Source: Thalia democratica (lineage: Eukaryota). From it: DNA of 64,000 nucleotides. The notes under the pieces were generated by a model. That model was not told the DNA's origin, ran no database searches, and worked only from the letters and a program-made list of their open reading frames with translations. The translations under genes were made by a program, and so were the position numbers. Of the stretch, positions 1 to 14,340 are shown piece by piece (within the stretch, counting starts at the first letter, position 1; every line of letters starts with the position of its first letter). The stretch lies in assembly GCA_965202585.1 (NCBI GenBank), contig OZ241831.1:28520001-28584000 (forward strand). Direction: 5' to 3'.

Positions 1-1327
1 TATCACAGCAAGGCGTAGAGCTTGAGCTTACAAAAAAAAGAGTATAGAATTTCAACTTTTACTAAAAATTATATCAGTTATGAATAAATTTAAAATATTA
101 TGCATATGCATATAAAAACAAAATTTTAAATTGTTTAACAACATTTAAAGTACATTTGGGTTTCAGAATTATACTGAAAAAAAAACTTGACTATTCTAAT
201 TTTTATTTTTTTGAGTAACGTGGATTTTATGTTGAAATGCTTGTATTACAACTATATTTATGATGAAACATAGATATTAGAGATAGTACACTGTAGTCGA
301 ATATACCGTAGAACAAGGATACATAAAGATTTCAAAAGATAGCATTGATAAGGTTTAAAAGTTTATACAAAATTTGGCAAAGTACACTATAACTAGTTAT
401 GTGTATACCGTTAGAATTGATTTGGAAACAATTAGCTTATTTTAACTGGCTTATAAACTAATTTACAAAAGTTTGAACGTTTTGTACAATAAAAATAGAT
501 ACAAAGAATGTACTTAAGAAATCCCTAGCAATAAATACGAAAGCTAATTACATTCAGCACTGTCACATAAAACTAAATACTTAAACTTATGCAAGAAACC
601 TTCAATTTTTTCACATGCCAAAAACACAAGGAATTTCAATACCTGTGATACTGTAATGTGTTGCAAGTTGTGAAAAGAACTTGACGTTAGTGGAAAAATA
701 TAAATCAAATGTTATCTTTATACGGACTCAAGCGCAAGTCGTACAACAGAATTTTTGATTTTTTATAATTTAAAGTTTTTAATCATGTCCTTGATAATTA
801 AAAAAAGCAGTATAATTTTAATTAGTTTAAGTAGTTTATACTTAGTAAATTAGTTCTAAAATGTGTGAAATTTTTGTTTTGTTAAATTAAGATTACATTA
901 GTAGGATCAAAGGGCAGTTTATTTTTTGTTTTTAACTTAACTTAAATAATTAATAAATCTTACAGATTTTAATTTTTTAGTACCATAGAAGTATGCCTGA
1001 TAAACTTTTTTATAAAACCTTTATCGTATTTTTAATCAGGATGAAATATAAGGCATGATTTTTATAAAAATCCTAAACTAAAAAAAAAACAAAACAGAAC
1101 TTGATAGTCAATACTAGCACACAAAAAAAGTAAGACAGCTTTAACACAAGTTTAGTGTAAAAAAAACACAGGAATCTCTCAAATAAACATGTATATATTT
1201 CATACATCTGAACGATTTTTAAACATGCAAAGTAATGCCTCAGCAATTCATAATTTGTAAAGCTAACATTACGTTTATAGAGCCAAATAACCTCGCAAAA
1301 ATCAGCAATCAATCAATTCTAGCTCAC

Positions 1328-1458
1328 CTATTATTGGAAGGCAGAACGTTGTTGGCGCTTTTTCTTTTGCTGCTAACGCAGGCTTCATTTTCAGGCGATG
1401 TTTTTGTCGCCTCGTTGCTGTCCGACGAATTTCTGCCTGTTCGTGTTACATGCTTCAT
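1328..1458 (-). CDS. Probable first coding exon of an unidentified spliced gene running off the left end of the window (MKHVTRTGRNSSDSNEATKTSPENEACVSSKRKSANNVLPSNN...)
   Basis: GC-richer island. On the minus strand an ATG at 1458 opens 43 codons plus 2 nt, ending at a strong AG|GTGAG donor (1327). The product is low-complexity and hydrophilic; no family recognised. Confidence 0.45.
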
Positions 1459-2980
1459 TAGTTGTTGTTTTCCTTTTGTCAACAATTTGTTTGTGTGCTT
1501 TTTTAACGGAGAGTAAAGAATTTGACAATGGTTTTTAACGATGAAAGAACTATATTTTTAAGGTTGTTTTTGTCAACGCTTTCACGGAAAATAAGTAGCG
1601 CTGCTTAGTTTTGTGTGCTTGTAAGAAATACCATGTAGTGAAATTCAGTAATAAAAATACAATGAATAGAAACATATTTAAACATTTTCTTAAACTGATT
1701 TAAAATGTTCATGTAAATGACAAATTAGTAGTTAAACAAGTTTTTTTTAAGTTTCAACAAGATAATCTTTAGAAATTTTAACATTTTAAAACTCAACAAC
1801 GCTTCTAAAATTTTACCTAGAAGAATATCGAACTTAAACACCACGTGAAGTGTTTAAATAAACAAAAAAGCAGTAATAAAATATTCAAGCATGGAATTTC
1901 CGAATGAAACTTAATATAAATATTTGATAAATTTCAAACATCTCAAACTTCTTTATTTAACTAAAACCATTTATACACTTACAGTCTTAAGTTCACCTAC
2001 TTTATAAACAAAATTGTAAAATTATGTTCAACTATATTGAGAGGAAAATTAAAAACATAAATAAACAAAACATTCACTTGTTTACAAACTACCAGGTATT
2101 GACAATTGTTTATTGTTACATCTACAACTTTGTAAAGATTTAAATCAAGTTTTTTCTATACTTATTTTTTTACTAAAATGTGTATACATTTACATTTCAA
2201 AAACTGAAATTAAAATTAGGTGATTTTGAAATAGTATATTATTAATACAAAATCAATATTATACAGTGATTATAATTCTTTTACCAACGATTACTTTTAA
2301 AAATTTTTTGAAATAGATTTTGATCGGTCTACTTCATTTTAATTCCAAAAATATGAAAATGATTAGTTTTGGTTAAAATATTTGTACTTAAACTGTTTTT
2401 AATTTTATGAGCAACTTTTTGAACGTACTGATTTACATTTATGTTGAAATTTAATCACAATAACTATGTTTTAATGGTTGTTTACAAAACAACATGTTTA
2501 ATATATTGACGTTTTTAATTATAGTTTTGTTAACTTAATAAACAAGTACAAAAACAACTTTAAATTGGGTTAAGTAAATGTATTAGTAACTAATAATAGA
2601 ATCATGTAATTTTCTAAGTATTTTGAACAATAAAACTTGCATCCAAAACATATTCTTTCAATAGTTAATTATCAGATATAATACAACAACAAAAAAATCC
2701 ATATGAATTAGACTAACTCATTTAAAATCTACTACTTTTTAGGAATAGAGTATTTAAATTTTTAATTCACAGAATGATAAGGAAAGTTTAATCACTTAAT
2801 TTTCCGAAAAAAAAATATTTTAAAGTTCTGAAAGACTAAATCAGCAACTTAATCAGAGTTAAAACAATAATCCAAATATAAGGAAAAAAAAGCAGTTTTG
2901 TAAATATAAAAGTATACGTCTTTATGGTTGATGAAAGAAGTCCTTAATTTTTAAAAGACAAAATATATATATTCAGAATA

Positions 2981-3065
2981 AGATGTAACGTTATAAGGCG
3001 TTAAATCCTGGAGATCCTGATAAGCTAAGCTTATCGGAATGTATATCACAGATTTTCTTGTGCTA
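2981..3065. repeat. Dispersed repeat terminus, reverse-complement copy of 41670-41752
   Basis: agatgtaacgttataaggcgttaaatcctggagatcctgataagctaagcttatcggaat matches the reverse complement of 41690-41750 with few mismatches. Confidence 0.7.
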
Positions 3066-4366
3066 TTTTTAATCAGTAAACATTTTTTAATTATCAGTAC
3101 TTATCTTATACAGTTCTAATAATTAACGAAAAACAAAGAAATTCTAAAAAGTACAAGTCCTTGGTGTTTTAATTTAAATTTATATCATTGATACTGAAAC
3201 ACAAAAGTTAAGGCTACTAAGGAAGTTAAATTTTCAGAATTTAAATGAGCAAATATACTATGAAAAATAGCATACTTTAACCTTCTAAATGTCCTCAATT
3301 TTGATTTGTTTACTTGTACCTAACATAAAATAACAAAGTATTTGTCCGTTATCAATCTTTGATCTTTCTGCAGTACAACATACTCCCTATAAAGAATGCC
3401 TCTTTAAAAGCATTCGAAAGATACACACTGTTATTTCATGCATTATTATTTTGGAAGCGTTTTATCAGCAAATAGATACACCTAAATTTTTAATTAAAAT
3501 TTTTACCGTTATTTAAATAAGATTACTTAATACATTAAACTTAATAACTTCTTAATAGAAGATGCAAAATAAGGTTTTACAGATTATTTTAGTTCAGGTG
3601 TTTCTTCTACTGTATTTTAAGGCAATAGTTCTAAACTGTATAAATGTTATTATTAAATACCCCTAAATCAACTACTTGCTAAAAAAAAAACTTTTTTTGT
3701 AAAGTTTTAACTTTTGTTTAAAAATTTCTAGTAAGTTTATAAACTTTTTTATATAAGAAACGCTTAAATTTTTTTAAAGTTTACATCAACAAATTTTAAC
3801 ATTGTTATTTTTTATAAAAGTTAAAGTATTTCTTTCAAAAAGTTATTTATAGTATATACCGTAGGCTTTGAAATAGTTTATTTTTATAGTATTTTTACTA
3901 ATATTATTATTATCTTAGTATAATTGGTCTGAAAAATTAAACATTAGAACATTTTTGACGACTAAATAAAATTGTAATAGTTAGAATTATAATTCAAACA
4001 AAGCTTTTTGAATACTTAAAATAAAAAGCTTTTATTAACATACAATGCTAAAATTAGTATACAGAAATGTATTCGCAACTAAACTATAGTGATAACATAG
4101 TCTTGCTAGAACTAAAGAGACCGTTTTTTTTACACTACTAAATTATTAAACCCTATTTTCATGTACATTGCAAACAAATTTATTTTCAGTTTATTTTAGT
4201 TAAGTCCATAAATAGTTTCAAAAATATTTTCTTGACAGTATCAAAAAATGCAAAAATTTTTCTCCAATGCAAAGCAACAACCATGCTACATTCATTTAAG
4301 CAGTAGACTTTGTTTAAGAAATTACTCTTATGTGTGCTCTAAAAGCTTTAACTTTTTGTTTTCAGA

Positions 4367-4870
4367 TAAATAAACAGGAGAGACCGTGATCCCACTGTTT
4401 ATCATTACAAAGTTAAGAAAACATAAACGCAGCAACACTATACACACAACAAATTTATTGTTTCAACAATGTTTCATTCAATCAATAAGACTAACGAGAT
4501 CCTCATTTATAATCAACGTTTTATCCGAACAGAATATACAAACAACAATAGTTGCCAAAAGTTTCGGCTTTTTTCAACATTTTTACACAACACAACTCTG
4601 TGTCGAGCTCTGACTTTCTTCACGCTTGACCGGCTGCGACATGTGTTTAGCAAAAACTTTTGGTTGCTTCGCGCTGATCTTTCTTCGCCGGACAACTTTC
4701 GCATCGAACTACTCAAAAAATTCGTGCGGAACAGCTAATCAATACAGCCAGCAATTGAACGGCTTCTCGCACTTTTTAAAACGTATCATATCTTACGCAG
4801 CCTTTAAATGTTATAATTGAACTTGTTGGCTGCAGCCGGGATGCAATAGCTGGGGCATTGTATGTCTGAT
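4367..4870. other. GC-rich, exon-like island of unresolved strand
   Basis: On +, a strong acceptor (tttaactttttgttttcag|4367) precedes an 89-aa ORF (4469-4738). On -, there is a splice-compatible pair (TYNAPAIASRLQPTSSIITFKGC|FDAKVVRRRK...TQSCVV*) followed by AATAAA. Confidence 0.3.
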
Positions 4871-7800
4871 TTAAAATAATTTATTTTTTTGTTGGTCTTT
4901 AATGAAGAAAAATTAAAAATTCAGTAACCTAAAATAAAAAGCTTTCGTAAGTTAAATGTAAAATACCTTTTAAGAAAACAAAAGCTTAAGCATAACCCTT
5001 AAATATGTGTATTAAAAAAAATATTGATATAAATGTATAATTAAAGTGCATTATAAAAAATAATAATGTAAATTTACCAATTTAAAAGCATATAAATTGC
5101 AGCTTGGTTATGACAGTAAAATTTTCAAACAAAAATTGCAAAATGTAAGAGTTTTTATTTAAGTAATTTTTAAACCAAAAAAACTTTTTTTTTGGTCGAA
5201 AATTTAGCTTTGATAAAAAACTTAAAAACCACAACGGAATTAAATCTCCGAGAGAAAACAAAACACACATTCAAAGAAATCGTTTTGATAAAGCTTATTA
5301 CACGAAAAGGGAGCAACGATGAACAATTTTTATCGAAAAGGTAAAATGTCAGAGTGCAGCAAAAATGAACGATCTACGTCAGCAAAATGTTCTCTCAAAA
5401 ATATTGATTCGCTACTAATGCATCTGTACATTATGAAGCTACTAGTTCAATATTTATTGCATGTTTATAATTGCAATCGGGTGAATATTTTTATAATTTT
5501 TTTGTAAAAACTTGCTTCATTGGAAGCGAAAATGCTATATTAAAACTAAAGTATTTTTTTGATTTCCGACAGTTCTAATTAAATTTTCATACAATAAAAT
5601 AATAACTTTGTCAATAAATTAATCCGTTAAAATATAAAAAAAAAGTAAACCTTTATATTTAAAATACAAAGCAATAGAATTCAAATTATGCATTAAAAAT
5701 AAATTAATTATGTTATCTAGAGACAATAACAACTAAAAAATATTTAAAGATAAACACAACATCAAAGTTTTGAAAGTTCAACTTTTTTTATTTAGTTAAA
5801 TCTTTAAATCTTATATAACACTTGAGTATCTATTAAAGTTGTTATTATAATTTTCATAATAACGTTTAATCTTTTTTGGATTTATTTAATTTAAAGTTAA
5901 GTTACATCTGTAAATAAGGTAAATATACTACTATATGTTTTAGTATTTTATAAATAATAGACTTTTATGATGTAAAGTAACTGTAACTATAATACTGTAA
6001 TGATACTAAATTTAAGAAATTTACTTTTATGTTACTATTAGTAAGAGAGCTATAATTTAAATTAAAAAAAAGTTTTACAACGACATTAAATATAAAAACA
6101 TAACAGCTATGATTCATTTTAGAACTTTAAAAATAATGTTTAAAACTATATACAAATTTGATCAATATTTTTTATTGTGACTGTTTTAAAGAACAAATTA
6201 AGAAGAAAAATTAATTGAAATAGTATTAAGTTCAAATAAAATTTTTACCTGAACACAAAAGGCCGGAATCTGAATTCGACTCACTGGCACTGCTTTTTCG
6301 TTGTGAATAATTTATGTCTTGATTTGCTGTTTTATCTGAAATCAAAAAAAAAATTGAATAACACAGTTAGAACGATTTACGTTATTACTAATACTTGAAA
6401 CAAAACTTAGTTTAATTTTTAATAACTTCATAGCAAAACATTTAAATACAACTTGTGATAAATTAACATCATTTATGCAATTAAACTAAATTAACTTAAT
6501 TAAAGTCGTAGTGAATGATACAGAAACTTTAAAACAAGTGCAGCGTCAAACCAAAAAATTCGTGAAAAACTAATTTGAAAGGTCTTGTAAATTTTCACGT
6601 ATGAAATTTTAACTAGTTCATTAAAATGTTCACTTGCTTTCACTCGCTCAACAATAATCCCAATACAAACTACTTGTCCGTGCTTAAGACAGAAAAATTG
6701 AATGCTCTTTATTACAGAATATTTTAATATTTACATTAGTTGTACAATCATTGTGCTATTAAGATATAACTAAACATGAATTTTTAAATATTGAAAACGA
6801 CAAGTAACCTACTTCAGTCAATAACTATTGATTTTATTGTTTTAGATACTCCTTGTTTCTACATAATCGCTTTTATAATTTTTTTGTTTAGATTAAATAA
6901 CAAAACAAAATAAGTTATTTTTTAACACTCAGTATAGCCAACTTCGGCTGATAGCGGGTCTAACAAAATAAATTTTACATTAACAATTAATTCATAGAAA
7001 AAGAAAACTTTAATTTTTGTTCTTACATTGAATTATTTATACTTAAAAATACATACTACTTTTAAACATATTTTATTAGCCAATTAACAAATAATTATCT
7101 TATTTTTATAGGCAAATGTTATTAAAGTCAATAAAATGTTTCTAAATTTTTATTTTTAATTCGTTCACTAAAGTTAAAGTCCTTTTAAGTTTTTTACAAA
7201 CTTACACAAAACCAACAACATATTAAACTTAATTTTTTAACAAGAATTAGAATTTTCAAGATGAATTTTTATAGAAAAAATGTAAATTGGTAAAACAGTT
7301 AGTGTGTCATTATAATATTTCACTCTAAACTAAAAAATTAATGATAAAGTTTAGATTTTTATAAAGTTTTACATTTTGAGCACCTAAAACAGCTATTAGG
7401 TTTCTTTATAAGTTCTGAATTATAATTAATTTATATAAACAAGAGTATTTTACACTGAAGTTAATCAAACCTAGTAAAAAATTCTAATTTTAATCTCGAC
7501 AAAATAAATTAAAGATTGGAAACACTTTTGGTCAATCATTTAAGTATAATTGTTTTCAATTCAGAAGCAAAAAAAAAAATTATTTTTTGAGTAAAAAAAG
7601 TAGAAAGATTCAGATGTTTATCTTTGTAAATTAAGATATTTTTTATTGAACAACTTTAAACCTATAAAATAAATGTACTCACTACTCTAATAAATTCTAA
7701 AATTTAATAAGTAGGTCTGCTCTTACACGATTTTTATGCTCAGTTGTATTGTATGTAAATTTATTGTTCAAACAGGCTGTAGCGCTTAAGTAAGGGGAAA

Positions 7801-9551
7801 AATTCCTGGGTGGAATTAAAGTTTTTTTTTACATATAAAAGCTTTATAGTTATGTAGATATTCTAAGTTACTTCAAGAGGAGGTTAAATATATCAATTAA
7901 CATTTTTAATTTAAACATTTATATAAACTTAAGTTATGGGTGTTTAATAAAATTCAGTTCACATCTTAAAAATTTATGTAAACATTTATAGACACTTTAT
8001 GAATGCAATATATAAATTTATTTTCAAATTTTTACAAAAATTCAGTTTTAATTGCATCAAGAAAATTAAAACTTTCACTAAAGCTAAAAAAAATTCACTA
8101 AGTTTAAAATATTACACCTTAATGTTTTGTTATAAAGATTTTTAAGTATGATTTTATGAAATATGAAAAAGAACTCTATTGGTTTAGAAATTTCTTTTTT
8201 ATTAGAATTTCATAATTATTTTTCGTGTAAACGTAAATAAATAAAAATTTCATTGAGACGTAGTGTTCAATTTGTATGGGCAAGACTCAGTAGACTTAGT
8301 TTATAATTAACAAATTAAAGTACTTGAATTACAAAAGGGTGCAAAACTATTCAAATTTGGACAACTTAATTTTTTTTGAAATGTTAAAAAAAGTAATATA
8401 TAGTTTATAAAATAAATAAAGCAGTTATAGACCTTACTAATACTTTTTTTTATTTTTTAACAAAAATTTTAAAAATGAGATATGACAAAAATAAATTTTT
8501 AAATAATTTTAATTATTTGAAGTTCTTTAACTTCTTATAAAAACTTTTTTTCAAAGTTTTCTTTCTATCATAATCTTGTTAATATCTTTGAGATATGACC
8601 TCTTAAACATCTTTTTAAGAAACTGATTTGTCCAAATTTGAATTGTCATGTAACCATTACAAAATACTTTACTATGTGTTTATTTTGTATTTACAAAAGC
8701 AAATAATCGCTGATACAGAAAGTAAGTTTTTATATAAAAAATACCTCTGTTCACGCCTTCATATACTTAGTTTAAATAATCTTAGATTAAAGATAACTAT
8801 GTAGCAGTATAATAGCTGTGTCAAATTGCAACCAAATTTGTCTTTTTTATATAACAAATTAAACACGAGCATTATTTGTGTACTATGAAATTGATAAAAA
8901 TAGGGAAAACTGTAACAATATGTTTGTTAATTACCAGAAACAACACACTGTTACCAAAATTTTTATTTAACTTTATTTTAGACATTGCAATACAAATGTA
9001 AGTAAACCATTTTTATATCATACATAAAAAAATAATTTATTAAAAACATAAATTAATTGAAACCATTTATGCAAAAATCACTTATAAAAATTAAGATATT
9101 TTTCTTTATCAGATAATAATAAAACACAAGTATATAACTTGTTTTTATTTATTTGACTCTTTTTTCTAAAATATTTTTAAAAAGTTTTAGCTTATAAAAC
9201 GAACTTTGATACTTTGATAGAGCATTGTAATCATTGACAGGATTTTTTACTTTATTTCTTTTCGCAACGACTTTAAAGGCAGTTGGTCTCAGCACAATTG
9301 AATCAAAAGGGTTCTGAAAGTTAATAAATTTATTTAAAACAAATCTATGTATGACACATATTACACAGTTATTTTTTTTACTATTAAAATACTTATTATT
9401 TATATTGCTTTGATACTAGTTTTTGTATATTAGTTTAATTTCAACAGACTTAAATTATATATATAGTTTAAAACAAGTAGAAAATAGGTCAGATTTTTTA
9501 AAATTAATTAAACAAAGTATACATTATAAGTACAAAACAAATTCTAGAAAC

Positions 9552-10299
9552 TTAAAAACTAGCTTGAGATAGATACATGCCAGATACAGGAGCGATTTTT
9601 GGTGGTTCGGAAGCAAGAACATTGAAGTTCTGTTTTTTCATTGGACTTCTACTTTTCGCTGACAAGTCAATTGAAGACGAGCTGCTGCCAACTTTGTTTT
9701 GGTTCGGCACAAGTTTGTTATTTTCGTGTGCTTTGTTCAATCTCTCAGCTTTTCCCGATGATGGCAAAACGTCCATTGACGACGAGCCTGCCACGTAAAA
9801 CACTGGCTGGTGATGCTTTGAAGACGCCTTGACCGGCTTGTATCGCGAAGGCTGCGCATTCTTGTCACGCAACGCGCTCCAACTTTCCTTTGCCCTGGTG
9901 ATTGCAGCCGCCCTGTTCAAGTCGGAGTAATCTGAACTGACGGTCAAGTAAGCCTCGTTGCTTTCTCTGCGCGATTTATTAGTTTTAACACTTTTCACCT
10001 GAGCTAGATTCTCACAAACTGTTCTTTTTTGTGTTTTTGACACATTGGCTGAAGGACTTGGATAATCCACAAAAGCCTCATCTGAGTTTTTATTTTCGAA
10101 ATTTTGTGAACAAGCAATGTTGCTAGAGTACTTCACTGCCTTTTTCTCCGACTTTAATTGATGTTTATCAATATTTTTAGTTGCCAAATTCTTATGTAAA
10201 TTGAACTTGTCTTTTTTCTTTTGCTTTGATGTAAAATTTTCATCACCCTCATTTTTTGCTTTGTGCTTCTTTTTAAAAATATGATCCTTGTCTGATTTC
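9552..10299 (-). CDS. Terminal coding exon of an unidentified spliced gene (long Ser/Lys-rich, probably disordered C-terminus ending ...MYLSQASF*)
   Basis: The ORF 9552-10187 extends upstream without stops to an acceptor (ttacttaaacag|10299). GC is well above the flanks. The phase matches the donor at 11411 (AA|G = Lys). Confidence 0.65.
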
Positions 10300-11411
10300 C
10301 TGTTTAAGTAAAGATACTTTGAAAATTACTAAAAAATCAGTTTTAAAACTGAGATTATAAACTCATTGTATAGCAAATACTTTAACATTTTTTGAATTCT
10401 ATTTAAATAAGCAGAATTAAAAATGTTACAAACAAAAGATCTTTTTCTAGTAGCTTTAGTTGTAAAATTTAAGACAGTCTTTTTAATAATCTTAAAAGCT
10501 TTTTTTTTCCTCTAGTTACTAGAGCCTAGTATTTAAAGTGATAAAATTAAATGAGTTTTGCATAAACAAATAATCAAACACTCTGTAAATCAATAAAATT
10601 GTTCATATAAACGTTTTAACAATATTTTATAATAAACTAAATGATTTTATCAACAGTACAAGTTTAGTAAAACTTCTTATATTTTTACGCAAAAATAAAT
10701 TATTATCTGATATATTAGTTGCTCTAAACAGTTGTTTAAGTTTTATTGTTAATTATTACTTTTTGTTCTATTAAATTATTACAAATAAAACAATAATCGA
10801 AAGCTGAATACATTATTTTCTTAATTACATGAAACTATAATAATCACAACAAAGAACAAAAATATGTAATTCAGTAATTTTTATATATCTAATAAATCAT
10901 ATCTTACTAAATATTTTTTTACATAGTGATTAATGTTTTAGGAACTAATTAGCTTCTACTGATGAAAAAACTATAAGGTAAAACACTTTATTTTCTAGCA
11001 TATAGTATTGTTACATTTTTAGTAATATTATACACGTCTTTAAATGTAAATATAAATTTACTCAAAAGTACAAAATGTGTATGATTTATTTTTCTAGTAA
11101 ACTTTTTACCTAATATTTAAGTAACTATTATTAAAAATAGCTTTTTTTTTCTAAATTTTATTGTCAATATATTATTAAAGTGTAAACATATGAATTTTAT
11201 AAACAAAGCCTTTTTTTTAACAAATTTACATTATGGACACTAAATACAAAAATTATCTATAGAAATTGTTTTTAAAACAACACAAAATTGTAAGTAGCTA
11301 ACTATTTTTGTCCATCAAAACTTTATTAAGATGATTTTTTTATTAAAAATTTTTAGAAAACATCATATTATTATTAGTATTATAATTTATTTGTAAAGAT
11401 AAAATACTTAC

Positions 11412-11730
11412 TTTTTTGGTGTGGAATGACCAATTCCTTGTTTAGCTTTATTTGAACATACTTTTTCAGAACTTCCCCAGATGAATGACTTAAAACTTAG
11501 TTTATCAAAAGACGAGCGCAAACGTTCTCGGACACTAATATGCTGCGTTGACCTGCTATTCACCGGTGCATTTTGCATTTCAAACCCCCCATTATCACTG
11601 TTGAAGCTTGAATGTCGCTGCTTCATAGACTTTGATTGTTTGCTTGCAATATTTCCGTGAGAGGCTGACATCTTAAAAGAAGACTTTTGAGTAGTACTAT
11701 CAGTTTTTAAATAGCTATTAACAGTATTGC
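11412..11730 (-). CDS. Penultimate coding exon of the same gene
   Basis: The 87-aa ORF ends at a GTAAG donor (11411) in phase 2, compatible with the exon starting at 10299. The 5' acceptor is either tttcatag|11730 or tcttttaag|11671 (uncertain). Confidence 0.6.
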
Positions 11731-14229
11731 CTATGAAACTATAAGAATATCAAGATTTAAAAAGTTTTATTGTGTTGCCAAAACACTCTTACTATGATCA
11801 AATTGAATGTAGTCAACAGGTCAGGAATCTAGGCCAAGTAAATTAATTTTGTTAAGAACTAATCATATACAGTTACTTTTTTGTAGAAAGTGAAATATAC
11901 TGATTAGTTATATTTGATTTTGGAAGGATGCTCTGTTCGAAAAAAGAACTGATGAGAACTATCACTAAAAAAGTGAAAATAATTGCTTGTTGAACTTATT
12001 TTAAAACTCAGTGGTACTTAAAGCTTTTTGTAAAAGAGCACTTGAAAAACAATAATAGATTAATTCCATTATCTTCAACAAAAGATGGATCTGTAAAAAA
12101 GTTAATAAGTATTAATGAACAATTAATTTATTTGCTAGTATATCAAATTAGTATATTTAACCATATTTTAGTAATATTTAAATGAATCACATATCTTTAT
12201 AGATTCCATTTAATACAAAAGCATGATATCTTTAGATTATATAATATAATGCTTAAATTTATATAAATATCTACAAGTGGAAATTTTTCAAAACTAATAA
12301 TTTTATTTTCAACTTTTATCAAAAAAAAAAAAACCTAGTTTACCTCTCAAGTTTTAACAAAAACCAAAAAATTAGTACAAAATCAATTAATCAAAAAAAA
12401 ATAGTTTGCTTGAGATAGTCTGGGTGTACAGAAACTCTGATAATAATATAATAATAAAGTTTTAAATACATGTTAATTTCCTAAATTCAATTGTTTATTT
12501 AATTCTATAATAACCTACCACTAACTAGTTCATAAGTGGTAGTTTGATTTTTTGTTCCAAAATTCTTTCAAACTTTTTTATAACTTTTTGTGTTTAAAAC
12601 CTGTAACATTTATTGTAAGAACTTCGAACAAAGGCTTTAAAGATATATTTCATGTAAAACTGAGAAAACTATCACTTAAGAAATACTAACAAATATAACA
12701 ATAATAATTTCAAAATTACAAATTAGTTATTAAAATGTATTTTATTTAATTTCAAAGACCCATTACTTTTAAAAATTTCTAGCACTGAAAATATACATAA
12801 ATAACATTTAATCCTAAAGCAGTCTTATACATCTAATCTAAAATAATATTGAATGATTACTTTAAGTTTTGGAATTATTTACAAAAAGAAACACTATTTT
12901 TTTTACATCTAATTATTTTTAATGTTGAATAAATAATACACATAACAATAAATTAATACTAGAATAAAGTATAAAATGTAAAACAAGCATATTTTAATAT
13001 ATTAAATATTTAAAATTTAATGATATTTACATTACAAAAGTATATAAATTAGATATTCCAAATAGTTAAAGTGAATCCAAACTTATTCTAAATATATTTA
13101 AATAAAAGAAAAATATTCAGAAAGACGATTAAGGTGCCTTCAGTAACAGTCTTTAGTAATGTGGTTAAAATTGGTAAAGGAAACGTGGCTCACAGCTTGA
13201 GGATTTTAATAAATATAAAATTTTGGAGAAATAAATGGACCAATAAATAATAAGGGAAATGGACCAGAACAAATTAATAGGAACACAAAAAACAATTTTT
13301 TGCATAAGAATCTAAAGAAGAAATGAAAATACATTTTAGAAACAGTTTTGTGAAGCTAAAAACTGCAACTCTTTAGAAAAAAAAACTATTTTTAATAATA
13401 GTTACTTAAATATTAGGTAAAAAGTTTACTAGAAAAATTGTTGTTTTTTTATTCTTCTGAAAATAAAACTCTAATAGATATATGGCATCTGTCTAAAGAA
13501 CTTGTTCCATTTAGTATAACAACACCTCAAAAAAAAAGCTTGAAAAATTGTTAATATTCAATATCAGAAAAACTATAATGGTACTAAAGTGCTAGACCAT
13601 TTATTACTGTAACTATTTTATTTTCACTATTTCAATAATTTTCTTCTTCTTGTATGTCTAACATACTTACAAAATGACTTAGTTCAGGTTAGTCTGAAAG
13701 ATCTAAAAAATGAAATTGAGAAGAGTTTGTGAAGCCTTTATCTTATTGTTTTATCAATTGTTTAATAAAACATCAGTTTTCTATAAAAAAGTAGTTGTTT
13801 TATTGAATATATTACAACAGAGTTGTCTATCATTGAGACAAAAAAGCCACCCTTAGTAACCAAAAACAAGCCTGAGTTACACTTCAAGCTAGCCTTAGTT
13901 TATGAGAAATTTGAAAAAATATGATTAAAAAAAAAGCACTGTTAAGCTTAGATACTTAGAATCATTAAAATAATAACAACGGATCTTACTAAAAACACGA
14001 CTAAAGAAAAAATGAGGTAAAAAAGTTAAAAAGACTTTTAAGATAAACAAACTAGCTTTAGATTTACAAAATAAAACTCAAACAAGTCCAAGTCAGTCAG
14101 ATTTATTTTAAAGATCAAACTGACTAGTTAGCATGAGTATCCTGTAATAATATATGTACTAAATGATAACAAAGATTCTAAAAGCTTTTGCTAAATCTAA
14201 GTCTAAATAATAAAAGTCTGAAAATGATG

Positions 14230-14340
14230 AGTATAAAAGAGTAAATGAAATTGTAAATTGCAAGTTTGTTGTTAAGGAATGTGCAGAGAGGGCAATCAAG
14301 TTATCTTCAAAGTTTCAAAGACTTCAAAAAGTTTTATTTT
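14230..14340 (+). pseudogene. Short DNA-transposase relic
   Basis: Translates VNCKFVVKECAERAIKLSSKF, resembling the VVND.AERAIKL motif at the C-terminus of a widespread invertebrate transposase group. Flanks are degraded. Confidence 0.3.

Noticed and set aside
5319-5340. ATG AAC AAT TTT TAT CGA AAA G|GTAAAA, a possible first exon (similar case at 18576-18603)
   Set aside because: Too short to support, and no phase-compatible downstream exon could be linked with confidence.
8330-8660. Imperfect inverted repeat (ttcaaatttggac / gtccaaatttgaa)
   Set aside because: Likely an old MITE, but the termini and TSD cannot be defined.
11949-11980. CTGATGAG followed by a small hairpin and GAAA
   Set aside because: The hairpin is not adjacent to the core and no stem I or stem III can form.
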